From Chrysemys picta bellii (Eukaryota), in assembly GCF_011386835.1 (NCBI RefSeq), contig NC_088804.1:29884001-29948000 (forward strand): a DNA stretch of 64,000 bases. Reading direction: 5' to 3'. The notes under the pieces were generated by a model. The model did not search any database and was not told where the DNA came from. It was given only the letters and a program-made list of their open reading frames with translations. Of this stretch, positions 1-14,070 are shown one piece after another. Position 1 is the stretch's first letter. Each line of letters begins with the position of its first letter. The position numbers and the translations under genes are program-made.

Positions 1-3000
1 AAAATGGCTAAATACATCTAAATCCAATAATATCTGTAGAACTAGGATAATACTTAAGAACATTCACTGTATGCTTTGGGATATCTCTTTATGTGGAGAC
101 AAGGAGGAGTTATAGGTAATACCTTTTTTTTTACTATATTAAATGTACTGTAGAATGAAATAGGAAAAACAGTGGAATTAGTTAATAACCTATTTGATGT
201 TAGTATATTTTATGTAACCAGCAAATACTTTGAAAGCAGGATAAATACCTTCATATGTCTGTCTTGTTTTTCAAGGATATATCATTCTATCTTGACTTAT
301 TTCTCGTACACTCACCTTAATCTGATACTACGGCAACCCACAAACTATGCATCAGGGAATAAATAAAATAATGCACGGGGGAAAAATCTATTGTTCATTC
401 AATATAATAACAGACAATTTATTCAAACCTTTCAGTAAATCCAAAGGTGAAAAATCCCTGACAAATCTCTCTCTTTTCTGGTGTTTCACTACTTTGTTGT
501 TTGAGAACCAGGCCATACTTGTATGTATAGGAGCTAGAATTATTCTTTAATAATTAATAATTTTCTCAAGTTAAAGTAATATCAGTCAAGGTTCTGCACT
601 TAGTCCATTTTCACAGCATGACCAATATTGATTAGAAATAATGTGTTGGGTTTTTTTTCCAAAATGTTTATAACTAGCCATTTTAGAAGGATAGTGACCT
701 TTAGAGCCTGATTATCTTGGAATCTATGCTGATTTTGTGTATGTGAGTAGATATAAAATGTCAGATAGCTTCATAAGTTTGGAACTAAGGAAAATAACCT
801 CATTGTAAATGTTGAAAAGGACAGCGACCAGTTTTAACTTTTTTAAGCATCCCAGCATGTCACAGAAAAGATGCTAAGTAGCCTTTCTCAAAAAGCTATA
901 CAACAATAGAAATACCTTGCTGTTCCCAATGCTCTTTGAAAAATGTGGTCCTCGTGAACAGCTGTTCGTTCAGAAATACATGGTTTAAATCAGGGCACAG
1001 GCCTGAAGTTCCTGCCTAGTAATGGTACCTATAATAGCCTTTGTGAAACACTCTGTGTCCCCCTAATTCTTTGGGAAGCCGCCTCCTATTGTAGTTTTGT
1101 TTCTTGGATTTATCTAATATGTACCTCCTAAATGCCAGAGTGAAACTGCACCTTTTGTTTCAAATTCTTCCTCCCTTTCCTGCCTCTGACTTTAGTAGCC
1201 ATCTCCTGTTCCCAGTGATTTTATTCAAGAAGCAGGATTGGGCCTCTAACAAATGTAAACTTCTGACAAGTAATTAGCATGAGAACATAGGCAGTTACGC
1301 TTATTAGTGTGTGTCTACTGGGGGATAAGAGGGAGCAGGGTAGGTATGATAGCCCTACTGCCAGGATAATATCTCATTCCTCTTAGGAACAACCTCTGAG
1401 AATCATTGTCTCTCTTTATGACTGGAGACTCCCTCTAATGGGAAAATCCTCCATGCATGTGAGAGGCTGGCATTACATCTGCTTTGCCTAGGCAGACTGG
1501 TGCAAAGCTGACATTTCTGAACCAAGGAGCTTCAAGGGAGTTAATCTTGCATTTCACCATTGTAACTGAAAGAAGAATCAGGCCCACAGTGGGCAATAAT
1601 ACTTATTACTAAATAATGCAAAAAACTAACATTGCGCAGCTGGTATTTTGGGAAGGGAGCCCATTTTGTTAATATGTATAAATTATGCTAATTTTAAATT
1701 TCATAAGATACGCTTAATTCTTGGTGGATATCCTCATTTTATAAATGTGTAAATACAAAAATGTAAAAACACGGGGGGCCCAATTCTGTCCTTCCTTACA
1801 CAGATGTAACAGCAATCAATGGAGCTGGATGTTGGGCTGGTCAAAACTACTTTATCTGTTACTTTCCGGAAAACTTAACAGTAATACTGTGTCGGGAGAG
1901 TGATGCTCTGTGGGATTCTTCTCTTTATTGAACAGAAAAAAAGCAACAGTAGTTTGAGTGTAGAAGAGAGGTGTGTATAATAGAGAGGTGGATGTCTGAA
2001 GATGGGTAAGCCTAGATGAGACAACACTATGAGATATGTATAAGGGTTTTTATCACTTCATGGACTGTGTGTGCCCCATCCTTTTACATAGAGTGCTGAT
2101 TAAGTAAGTGGTCTTTACATTCTTGCTTCCCCTGACTCCAGTTTGCCACTTCCATTGTCCACACACTTAGGCAGCTGGTGGTCAGTGAGGTTCATGGCAA
2201 GTGATGGTGAAAATTGCATAATGAGCAAGCCCTATAACTTGGCTTTTGAATTCTCTGAACTCTTTTTAAATTAGAAAGACAGGGTTTGCCTGCCAGCCAG
2301 TTGGTCTCCCCTTCTAACCCTCCACCCCCTCTACCCCAAAACAACAACAACCCACTACCTCTCACAGTTCTAAAACACTGTGACCATCCCATGGCTTGAA
2401 TGCCATTCCCAGCTCATTTCTTACCATTGTAAATAATTCATTAGGCATTATAATTCACACTCCATGCAGCAGATTGTAAGCCATAGACACATCCATGCAT
2501 CTTCTCTCTGGTTAGTTGCATTTAAATTGTTTCGGTCACAGTTCAGTAAATTATTAGAAGCATATTAATTATTCCCTATCCATTAGGCAAGACTAGTGTA
2601 AAAGATGGGTGGCATAATGCTAACTGGTGGAGGATCTGACGCATTGTACTCCGGATAATAAACTAAAATGAAACAATTCTATACAAGTTCATAGCCTCAG
2701 GTGCAATCATTAATTCTCTAATTAAGAATTAAGTTATGCTCTAGTATGTGGGGAGTACTGGGCAGTGAACAGATAATCTGTCATAAAGATACTTAAGGAG
2801 GGAAAAGGTTGGGATGTTTACTCATGTCTGTGTGGAATCCGATTGGTTATTTGATATGTACTGAGCAATAAAGTCCAGTATATCACAAAATTATGCAGAC
2901 CATGAAGTTTATCTCTCAATTATTCCATTTTTCTTGAAGCAAGCTACAGATCTTCCACTTAAGGACAAAGCGTGCTCAGAGAGAGAAATCCAGTTAAGAG

Positions 3001-3929
3001 GGTATCTTTCATGCATTCTACCTCAGTCTTGCATTAGGCAAACTGCTGTAAATGTCTCTGGTTCAACATAGTATTGGCATTGTTTAGTTTCAGGTAATTT
3101 CATCTCTTCAAGTGCACGCTTGAAAAGTGACTGTAAAACATGGCATTGTGGGATCTCTCTTGATTTGTTTTGTTTTACTGATTTACGTATCAGATTTGTT
3201 CAGCTTGCCCGTAAAATCATGTTTTGTTTTGTTTTTTTCAAACTCGAACTTATCCTGGGCTCTAATACTCAGTGTCAAGTTTTGTAATACTCAAACATTA
3301 ACAATTGAGTTCTTTCCATCTTGCATATCAACCCAATAATCAAGGTATTGCAGGCTGAATATAGCGCAAAAGTAACACACTTGCTTAGACCAGCAGAGAC
3401 ATTAAACATTAGACTTAAGTGGATTTGGAAAGGTTTCATTGTGGGAAAGATCTGAAGACCATGAGTTTGCATGGATGTAGCTGAGGCATAATTTTTATTC
3501 TGGCTCCCTTATTTATGAAGATCATGCCCAAGATGGAAAACCTTACAGTTTCACTTCACTCTCTGATGGCCAAGTTGAGCTGCTGAAGGGGAGACACATG
3601 ATCGTGGAATTTCACAGTGCCGCTCTTACAAAGTCACTCTTCTTGGGTAGAACCCATGTTTTCATTGATTAAATTAAAGGCCTAATTTTCAGAGGTATGG
3701 AGAAGCTCCAACTCCATTTAATGAGAGTTGCCGGTGGGCAGCAATTCTGAAAAGAGAGGCTGTGTGCATTCCCTGTGCTGATTATATTAAAATGTTACTA
3801 CAAAAAGCAATACAATATATTATAATAACTTAAGTTATACAAAACGATCCTTGCATGAGGTAGAATCTCAAAATTGAAAGTTGCCTGTGAAATGTCTTTT
3901 GGCATTATGGGTTAACATGTACAATACAT

Positions 3930-4392
3930 TGTAACAGGACAGCCTCCACCTTTAAGGTCCAGGAGGGATTGGGACAGTTAGCCAGGCCTGTCCAATTAGC
4001 TCTGCCCTCATATATCTGTGCTCGATGTGGAACTTAAAAGGAGTTCATGCGGAAGCAGCTGTAGGTGAGTGCTGTAGGGAATAATGGGACAGTTTGAACT
4101 GAATGCTGCTCTGGGAAGAAGAGATTTTTTTTGTGGTGGGGGATGGTGCTCCTGATTCATGGAGAGGGACTGGACTGGACCCAGCTTTGGGAAAGAGGGT
4201 TGGGAACTCATGACTCAAGGAGAAAGACATGGAATTGAAGATGGGGCCTGGAGGCCCCATGTGTGTAAGGGCTAAATAAACTGGACCCCAGAAGAGGACT
4301 GGTTACAATTACTACTGGACTGTGATATGGAGTTCCTAGGGGAAACTAAGGCAGGGTGCCACAGTTCCATCCCAGGCCATGAGGGATGTGCA
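3930..4392 (+). mobile_element. Solo LTR (Gypsy/ERV-type), about 463 bp
   Basis: Starts TGTAACA (3930) and ends TGTGCA (4392). Flanked by the identical 5-bp direct repeat TACAT (3925-3929, 4393-4397). Internal AATAAA on + near 4274. Confidence 0.7.
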
Positions 4393-7300
4393 TACATCTT
4401 TAATTTTCATTTCAATAGAAACTTATTTCAATGTACCTTTTGAGATTATATTATGCATATCATAGCATACAACTAGATGTTGATAAACTGTAAGCAACAA
4501 CTATGTGAATTTTAGAGCCTGCTCCCGGTGCTTTTATTAAAGTCATGTCAGTCTTTCCATTATAAGCCACATTCTCAAAAACTGGTAACATTATGGGGGG
4601 GAGGGAGTTACACCATGAGACATAATGTTTAAGGGATCACCTTACTCCACCAGCCACAAGAAGTCCCATTAATTTTTAATTGGATGCTAGTAAAGTAAAG
4701 TGCTACAGAGCATGAGAAAAGACCTTTGCAAGTACATAATTACATTGCTAATATAAGAAGTTGCTACTTAGAAACATGTGACTTGCACACTATGAAGGCA
4801 TCTTGTCCATTAGCAGTCAGTATATTTTTAAATGTCAAATATATGCCCACACACATTTCCCAAATGGAACGTCTACTTTTAACTCTCACTCTTTTCATTC
4901 TGGATCCTATTACTGGCAATGGGATTTACTGAAGAGATAATAATTATCTAATCATGCCTTTGTTGTTTATGCAGTTTGAAGTTAATTATATAGTAATTAG
5001 GTTTATTTCTTGTAGACTTGTTTGTGTAAGTGTCCTCTAACAATTAAAGGATATGTATTTAGTATCCTCTCCCTACTGAGTCTAAATGAAATGTGCTTGT
5101 ATTAAATAAGACCCTCTTCCTTTTAAATAAATATATATTTCTCTGACTTTCACTGCATTTCTTAAAATTATGTGGCACCGTTATAGATGCAATCAGTGGT
5201 TGGTCTGGATTGATTGTCATTATTCTTTACTGACAACGGTTAGCTTCTGCAGATGTTAAATACACACAGGTAACTCACCAGTCTACTTCCTTTTTAACTT
5301 CTTACATGAGTTTTTGTGGCACAAGTGTGTCCTGAAGTCAATGGGAGTCTTTCCATTGACAATGTTGTAAACAGTGGGTTCTAGAACAGACCTTTGTCAC
5401 TGAAGAGATCCACAGTATTTAATAATTTCCAAGATAATATTCCTTATAGCCTTTTCTTTCCTGTAGACTGAACACATTAATTCATACTCCAGCCAGTAGG
5501 GGCCACTACTGAAACACGGGCTGCTGCACCAGTGTGAGGGGGTAAAATAGGACCCAACTGAGACTATACCCCCTCCTAGACCCGAGTACTCAATTGGGAA
5601 CTATGTCCTGTCCATACACAGAAGGTGAACATGAAGATATTGGTGATGTTCCATTTCTAACTAAATCACGAGACATTGGTTGATACTAAAAAGTCAGTTT
5701 GCCAGTAGTTACTGCAAAGTAGTATCTGTGATGCTGCAATTTACTCCTATCCCTAGTACACGCAAAATGTTGACCTTTTAATAGTGAACACTGCGCTATA
5801 AATGCATCAAATAATGTAACCATAGCACCTATCCATACGTTACAATTGTTAAGTATCAATGTGAAAATGATACTTTCCTCCTTAGCTCACTTTTTGGTCT
5901 ACTTGTATAATGTGAAGGTCTGTTTCTCCTCTTTTGAGCATTCCTTGAGTCTCCTTGATGCAGTAATTACAGATATGATGGCAATGCTTGATTCTGTAGT
6001 GCTGAACTTCAATTCAGTTGACCAGCTGGGTCAGTGAAAATAAATGACTTTCTTTGTCTAGGTTTGCCGTGTCTCCCTTAATAGTATCATTTCATATCCT
6101 TAGTTCAAGGACACAATTTTGCTGTGCTGGAGCACATTAAAGGATAAATATACTACAAAGAAATAATTTGCTTGTAGACTCTTCCCCCTTTTAGTATCCA
6201 GTAACAGATTCTTTTTCTATGACTTCTGTAAAGTAAAAGCTTCTCACAGGTTAAAACAAACACTTTTGACTACTTTGACTTGGAGAAAGACTGCTAAAAT
6301 ATATTTGTGACATTATAGTATTACCATTTTTACTAGCGGAAAGCCTAAATTCTTCATTAACTTAAGCTGGCAACACATTGTGTAAATATGACCTGCCATA
6401 TGGGAATAAAAGGACAAAAAGTTTTGGTTGACTTTTTAAGAGCACAATACTTTTATATAGACATGCAGTTATAATCGGCAGGAGAGGCCAAAATGTGATC
6501 TTGAAATCTGAATTCTATTCCAAACATTCTGTTGCCAGTGGCTAATAAAGTTCTGATCTTGTGATCATTACACACAAAATTCCCCTTAAATTCAATGTGA
6601 ACGACAGTGATCATTGTTACAAAAGCAGCATTTGCCATTATAGTTTCCCATAAGGTGTTTTATTTCTAATATGGTTTTATAGTTCCAGCTTGTATTCTTC
6701 TCGCTCTGACATTTTAAATGTCATATGGTGAGTTTCCTCAGGGAAAGTAAATCAGCTTTCCTCCTGGAGTGCAAACCTGCTAATAATAATAAAAAAAAAG
6801 TGCTGTTTGAGAGCAAAAGTATTGTACAGTTGTTATGGCAACTGGAATCTAAAAGGAAGTGTACAGTTTTGAGGGGCATCTGCTTGATTCCCAAACAAAT
6901 GCTTCACCCCTGCTGCCCTCAAAGGAATAATTTTAAATCACTCTTGCAAGATGCAAAGAGTGACTTCCAGCTGAGAAAGCACAGCTCCCACTGGCTCAAT
7001 CAAAGGGAGGCTCCCTTTATCTCACCTGAAAGAGTTGCTGCCTAGGAGCCACAAGAGTCGCAGCTTATGCCTTAGTTCTGTTAATGCGTAGGGCGTATAG
7101 ATGGCAAATCCATCTGGGGCATGACTGAGTGATTATAATGTCTGGCCTCTAGTTGGCAGACAGAACTGTTAACTTTTTGTCTATCTAGACATACGCTGAA
7201 AGGTTAGTTCCAATGCAGTTATGAAGTGTTGTAAGCACAAAGTAAAAGGCAATGTACAGGACAGAGAGCAAATGGGAATCTATCCTGCATTTATTCCAGT

Positions 7301-9828
7301 GCTGTTGTGGGGCCAGCACAAGTTGCTCCTGCTAACTAGCAGATGCAAGGCCTACAGTGATTGCCATTAAAATGTCAAGCATTGCCAGAGGTTACAACAG
7401 AAACAGCGGAGATTACCAGAGTTTTCTCCTATTTTAAAAATAGGAAATATCAGTGTCGTCAAAGCTGTCAAATATGAAGTTTTTAATGGTCTTTACTGTG
7501 AGAGGGTTAATGCATTTTTAAACGGCAATGCTATGTGGCAAAGGTTTTTGGTGTCTTTCTTACACATACAGACACAATTGAAAATGAGGGATATTCATGC
7601 AGGAGCCAATTATGAAACAGTTATGGGGAAAAAAAGGAGGGTGTGTGGGGGAAGGGGAAAGAAATGTTATTAATCAAACAAGAAAAAGTCTACCTACTAT
7701 CAGGCAATAGCTGGGAAGTAGGGAACAGGTCTGATTCTTTGTGAAAGGGCAACGATGTTCATACATACAAGCCAGTACATTACAATGCAGAGTTCACCAG
7801 TCTAGGTACTGGAACAAATGATACAGTAACCTTGACAATATCAGTGCTAACAAAGACCTTGATTCAGGGAAGGATTCCCATTCAGGACAGCACTTATGCA
7901 TGATATTGATTTAGACATGTACTTAGGTTTAAGTGCATGTTTCTTGCATCAGATCCAGAAACACAACAATCAAACTCTCACCTTATTTCAATGCATAGAC
8001 TGTGGAGCAGTCATGTTTTGCATGAGTGGGAAGTGTATTTTAATGATAAACAATAGTAATAACTAAGATTCAACTTCAATTAACATAGTAATGTTTAAAA
8101 TGTATTGCAAGATCTTAAAATGGTACTTCTCCATTGCTTGATATGTGATGTGCCTGTTTTATAAGTACCCAAGTTTTTGTTCTTCGTTCACTTAGCAACA
8201 TAAACTTACAATTAGTATACAATAGTAAAGCATCATTCTTATTTTGTATCAATAAAAGTAGTGAACTAGAGGAAATCAGCATGTATTAATAAGCCTAGTA
8301 GAAAGGTACCTTTTGATATGACTTCCCCATGCTGTTTTCCTTTTACTTATGAGATTTTTTTTTTAAATAATGCCTTCCTGTTTGTCAATTATGTTTTCAA
8401 AGATGGGCTTCATATGGATATTTATACACACAATATGCATCGTTAAAAATCACTAAATTATATCTACTTTAGAAATATTGCCAACCTTCTGCACCTGCAT
8501 TGACTAAAGCCCGGTTTTATATAAAGAGGAATTATACGTTCACAGATGCATCTTAACATAGAAGTCCATTTCATTTACTCGACCCTGGAGCCTTGTCCAA
8601 ACAAGCTCACTTGAGCTTTACCCAGATGGTGGCCATTTGCTTGAGCCTCATTCATTGCTATTCCCCCCCAATTAGGGCAGTCGGCCAGCTGGCAGAGAAT
8701 CACAGCTTTTGCTGTAGAGATTACATGTTTTCATCGCTGCATTGGTAAATAGAGGATCCAGCTATAAACATACTAACCTCTGCATCATTTTCTTGCTTAA
8801 CCTACTGTGTAAGAGCTTGCTTCTATAATTTTTCAGGTTAATTTATGCTTGACAATTATAAGTGGATTAATAGATATAGTCATGGATGGATTACAGGAAG
8901 AGTGGAAAAGTAGTGAACTGAATTAGCAGAATACTAGTGCTGCAGTCCAGAAGGCTAAAATGAGCTAGTCTGGGATATAAAATACTATATCCCAGGCCAG
9001 GACATAATAGAAGAGGAATGTGATACTTGGGGTGGCGGAGGGGAAACACATTTCAAGTTTTGATTTCGTAAAGTATGTCTTATTTCATCTCATCTTCAGC
9101 AGATCAATTTCCATCAACTGTAGACAGACCCATTCTCCTGGAACTAAATTTTGCTATTGTAGCATCTGCTAATAAAGGGACAGATAAAGTAATCACACCA
9201 CAGAGAAGAATATATCTGGAAGTTGGTGTTTCCTGCATGAAACTGGCCTTCAGCTCAGCCAAAATGTCCTCAGATAGACATTTTCTTTCTAATGTGAAAT
9301 AGTTTATTGCACATTCTTTGGAAGAATATCGTAGTGCCTTCCTAATAGAATCATATAAAACATTTATAAATAGCAAATAAATGACCAGGTTCATTAAACA
9401 TTAACAGTGTAATAATGCATTATTCTTTTAGTTTATTAGTATTACATAATGAATTATTGTCAGGGTATGTTTTGGCAGTGGTGATTATTTATTTGCATTA
9501 CAGTAGTACCTAAAGGCCCACCTTGTTGAGTTAGCAGACACATTAGCAGACAGTCCATTCCTCAAAGGGCATAAAATCAAAAGGGAGAGCATATTTATGC
9601 ATTTAGTATATATAACCTATATTGGCCTGTTGACCAGGCACTTAGGAATGTCACATGTATGAATGTCAAGGGTGGCTGGGTAGATAATATATTGCTTTAC
9701 TATATACAACATTTTTAGTGATAAATATATATGGTCTACAGAGAAATGAAAGGAATACCTGTTTTTCTGTTCCCACAGCCAATTTCTTATCCATTATATA
9801 AACATATAAAGAGCCTCACAGCATAATA

Positions 9829-10202
9829 CAGTAGAACCTCAGAGTTACAAACAGCTTGGGAATGGAGGTTGTTCATAACTCTGAAATGTTCATAGCTCTA
9901 ACAAAACAACTGAACATTGACTCAATACAGCTTTGAAACTTTACTATGCAGAAGAAAAATGCTGCTTTTAACAATCTTAATTTAAATGAAACAAGCACAG
10001 AAAGTTTCCTTACCTTGTAAAAACAATTTAAACTTTCCCTTTATTTTTAGTAGTTTTCATTTAACACAGTACTGTACTATATATATTTTTTTGTCTCTGA
10101 CGTTGCCTGATCGCATACTTCCTGATTGCGTACTTCCAAATGAGGGGTGTGGTTGACTGGTTAGTTCGTAACTCTGGTGTTTGTAACTGTGCAGTTCTAC
10201 TG
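9829..10202. mobile_element. Tc1/mariner (Tigger/pogo-like) non-autonomous DNA transposon
   Basis: Terminal inverted repeats CAGTAGAAC...GTTCTACTG with TA on both sides (9827-28, 10203-04). Subterminal GAGTTAC/GTAACTC motifs. No transposase ORF. Confidence 0.75.
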
Positions 10203-10369
10203 TAACTATAATCAATTATTATTGGTATATATTACCGTATACTACCGAAGGAAGAATTTCCATTATCATTGATATTGAAGTTACAAGTAGCCATCATAAA
10301 TGGATAGAGATGGTGACCAAACTTTCAATAAAATTTCAAGTAGTAGTGGTCAACATTTGCCTTTCTTCC

Positions 10370-10670
10370 AGAGCTGGTCAGAGAATGGCTATTCTGTTTC
10401 AGGGCAACTTTCAAGGTTTTGACATTTTTGTTTTTGTTCCCATTGAACAAAACCAAAACCTTTAGAATGTTTGCACAAAAAGGCATTGTGTCAAAACGTC
10501 CATTTTGAGATTGAAAAGATCAGATTTTCAATGTCTCTCTCTTCCCCTTTCCAGAAGAGCCACCTGGACCTGAGAAACCTTCCTATCAAAGGTTTCATCA
10601 AAATCAATACATTTTCATGATACATTTCAGCTTTGACAAAACAGCAGTTTTCGATGAAGAAACTTTGTTT
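10370..10670. mobile_element. Old non-autonomous DNA transposon remnant
   Basis: AGAGCTGGTC start and A/T-run-rich interior resembling old sauropsid DNA elements; similar start at about 30440. Ends and TSD not resolved. Confidence 0.3.
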
Positions 10671-11577
10671 AAAGGTACTACTTTCTTATATTGCACAGTA
10701 ACTGCTAAAATAGTTAATGTGTTGCTTTGAGAGCACTAAAGAAAATGAGTTAAGAGGACAATCATTTTGCCAGTGAGTGTTTAGATGCACTCTTTGGAAA
10801 TTGACCCATCTCACTTGGTATTCAGTGTGAGCAAACCGTCTAGGACTGGCCATCAGCAAGAAACTGACAAAGGGAAAATGGAAACTCTATAAACTGGGCA
10901 TGAAAGACTTTAAAATTTGCATGATATGATCACTTTAGGTGTGTGGAAAAGAAACTGTGGATGCATTTGTCATGAAAAAGCTTGAAAAATCTCTTCAGAC
11001 TACAGACTAATGAAATCTGAATTGAGTGAAGATACGCTGTTCTCAAGCACAATATATCACAGAAATGGCTATTCATCTTACATATTTGTAGGAGAATATC
11101 TGCAATATTTTTGGCATTTTAGAATTAAGGAATAAACGAGATTTTTTTTAAAAAAAACGGTATTAGTTAATTCAGTACCCTTTTGATTTAATCCCCATCT
11201 CCTGTGGATTGGTTTCTTGCTCATCTCTGCAATATTATAACTCAGTGTGTATTCTGAGATTTAAGAGGATTTTTTTAAAAGATTTATAATCTTTATATTA
11301 AAACAAACTGAAGTATAGCAAATCCTGTTGGGGTTTTTTTTAGTTAATTAATTTTTTTCAGGGCTTTGTGTAATGCAGTTTTTATTGAATCTGGGCCCTA
11401 ATTAGGTAGTGTATTTTGAAGTTTCAGTAGCTAGGTGACAGATTTTCGTTATTAGTAATTTTTTTGAAGAATCACTTCAGTACTATCATACCACATGTAT
11501 GGCACTAAACACGCCTCCACTCTAGCCCCATATATTTGTTACAATCCCATTTAAGTGCCAGCATTCCAAGTAGAACA

Positions 11578-11771
11578 CAGTGGTTTGAGCATTGGCCTGC
11601 TAAACCCAGGGTTGTGAGTTCAATCCTTGAGGGGGCAACTTGGGGATCTGGGGCAAAATCAGTACTTGGTCCTGCTAGTGAAGGCAGGGGGCTGGACTCG
11701 ATGACCTTTCAAGGTCCCTTCCAGTTCTAGGAGATGGGCTATCTCCATTAATTTAATTTAATTTAATTTAA
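11578..11771 (+). mobile_element. tRNA-derived SINE with CR1-like 3' end (tortoise PolIII/SINE type), slightly 5'-truncated
   Basis: tRNA-like head CAGTGGTTTGAGCATTGGCCTGCTAAACCCAGGGTTGTGAGTTCAATCC with B box GTTCAATCC at 11618-11626. CR1-like tail GATGACCTTTCAAGGTCCCTTCCAGTTCTA followed by (ATTTA)n. Confidence 0.9.
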
Positions 11772-11899
11772 AAATTTAAGGGCCAAATTCTGTACTGCAT
11801 GGATACACCAATGGTGGAAAATTGTGTTTTGGTATAGTGGTAACGGGGTTCTCTAGCTCTGACCTATGCCTTACACTGCATATTGCTACTATGCATTTC

Positions 11900-12010
11900 T
11901 AGCTGTTTCAGTCCCAGGATATTAAAGAGACAAGGTGGGTGAGATAATATCTTTTATGGGACCAATTTCTGGTTGTGAGAGAGAAAAGTCTCTCCCACCT
12001 TGACTTTCTT
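11900..12010. mobile_element. Short Penelope-like terminal fragment with a truncated inverted copy
   Basis: GTCCCAGGATATTAAAGAGACAAGGTGGGTGAG... is homologous to 34261-34330 and to the reverse complement of the 3' end of the 12738-14317 element. Followed by inverted CTCCCACCTTG at about 11993-12002. No clear TSD. Confidence 0.7.
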
Positions 12011-12849
12011 ACAAAGTAGAAGGGCAAATACATAGTGCTTAATAAAACTCTAGGGAAAAGGAAGGGCTACTCTGCAAGGAGGTGCACCATGGACCCCAAA
12101 GGTCTGCAAACTAAAGAACTGGGCCAGGGCTCCAGCCATCCCTTACACCAGCTGCCATCATCAACACATAATCACAAGGAGAGTGCTGATGTTTTGTTTT
12201 TTTCTCAGTGCAACTGCACATACTAAGCCATCATGCTTGGTGGTATCAGAATCGCTCTTGTAACAAAGTGCAATCAGCACCACTCATCTCTGCTCTCTAG
12301 CTCTGCTCCAGCTAGTCTAAAGGATGTTCTAAAGACTCTGAAACATAAGGGGCTAATTTTCAGATCCTGGGTCTGCATGTATGTATTTTTCCACAGACAA
12401 ATACTTAAGTGCATGCTTTGAACTAGATTCTGCCACCTGTATTCACACTGAAATCAATGACACTACTTGCACTATAGGGTATTACTCAGCTTGGGTAAAA
12501 GTGGCATGATCTGGCTTTTTTGTGCACTGAAACCTGCATGCATACTGGCCTCTGTTTGGCAAGCTGCCTCTATTTACCAAAGTGTTTATTAACCATGTGT
12601 TTATCTTTGGGCATGTGCTAAAGTCTCCTTGACTTCAGTGAAATTTCAAGCATGTCCTTTGCTGGATATGGATGGACCTAATCCTCTGCTTAAATGCTTG
12701 ATGAAGTTGGGTCCATTACAAACTACCTGTGAGATTTCTTCAACCACTTACCACGCAAAGGGCAAGCTTCTTCCCGGACATAACTGACTTCCTCCACAAA
12801 CCCGATGGCATAGCTGTCTTCCTCAAATATTTATAAGACAATGGCCAAC

Positions 12850-14070
12850 CCTCAGATATCCACCCCATCACATTGCCAAATTCATCTATTTCAGCCTCAT
12901 CCATAAAAATTTTACATTCAATAACAAACACTTTGTCCAAAGCATGGGAACAGCTATGGATACTAGGATAGCTCCCCACTACACCGACCTCTTCATGACC
13001 CACCTTGAAGAAGAATTTCTGGACAAATGCACTATGAAACCAATGATCTACCTGAGATACATCAATGATATTTTCATCCTCTAGACAGATGGCTTGAACT
13101 CCCTCATAGATTTCAATCACAACTTCAACAACTCCCACCTGTCTATTAAACTCTCTCTGGAACATTCCCACACTAGCAAATCAGCTTCAACTATATAACC
13201 CTGCAGACAAGCATATACAAGAAACCCACTTATCACCACACCTACCTTCATAGATTCAGTAACCATCCCAAACTCACCAAGAAATCTGTTCTCTACAGCC
13301 AGGCACTCAGATATCTCAGAATATGCTCTGAGGAGTAATCCCAGGACATACACCTTAACAAATTTAAAACCATCTTTACCAAACAAGGACGCCTTTTACC
13401 AAACAAGTAGATCACATCATGGAATGGACCACCCAAATACCCTGAGAGAATTTGCTTCAATACATAAATCCCCCCTGCCCCGGATCACACACCCCTAGTT
13501 GTCACCTACCACCCCACACTGGAACCCATACAGAGTATCATCAAACAGCTACAACCCATACTCAATGGGAAACCCATCCTGAAAGCTTTTTTTTTGTCCT
13601 GGACCCCCCAATTCTGGCCTCAAACAACCTCCCAACCTCTCCAAGCTCCTCATCAGAAGCAAGATCCCTATAGACCGGGACAGACCAACTCAAAACAGCA
13701 TCAGACCCTGCCAGACCAACAGATGCAACCCCCACTCATAGCGCATCTTTCAAGATCGATGGATCCTACACATGCCTGTCACAACATGTAGTATACCTCA
13801 TCCTGTGCTCTAAATGCCCCAATAACTGTGGGTGAAACCAGACAATCACTCTTGAATGAATTCACACAGGAAAATGATAAAACACAAAAACACCCTATCA
13901 CCTGTGGATGAACACTTTTCACAAAACAATCACTCTGTGTCTGACTTATCATTCTAAAAAGAAACCTGCACAACACATTCAAAAGACGAGCCTGCAAGCT
14001 CAAATGCATAACTCTGTGCTAGATACTAAAAATCATGGACTGGACAGAGACAATGGATTTATGGCTCAAT
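12850..14070 (+). pseudogene. Disrupted PLE reverse transcriptase + GIY-YIG endonuclease ORF
   Basis: Manual translation gives FNNKHFVQSMGTAMDTRIAPHYTDLFMTHLEEEFL...YLRYINDIFIL* (RT YIDD motif mutated to YIND, 13058-13069), SIYKKPT...KKSVLYSQALRYLRICSE (thumb) and GSYTCLSQHVVYLILCSKCP..VGETRQSL (GIY-YIG/CCHH region, about 13761-13850). Stops and frameshifts are present. Confidence 0.9.

Noticed and set aside
11578-11640. Possible tRNA gene
   Set aside because: It lacks a complete acceptor stem and continues into a CR1-like tail and AT-rich repeat, so it is a SINE head.
12740-13386. Minus-strand ORFs of 143 and 89 aa
   Set aside because: They are antisense shadows of the plus-strand Penelope RT remnant.
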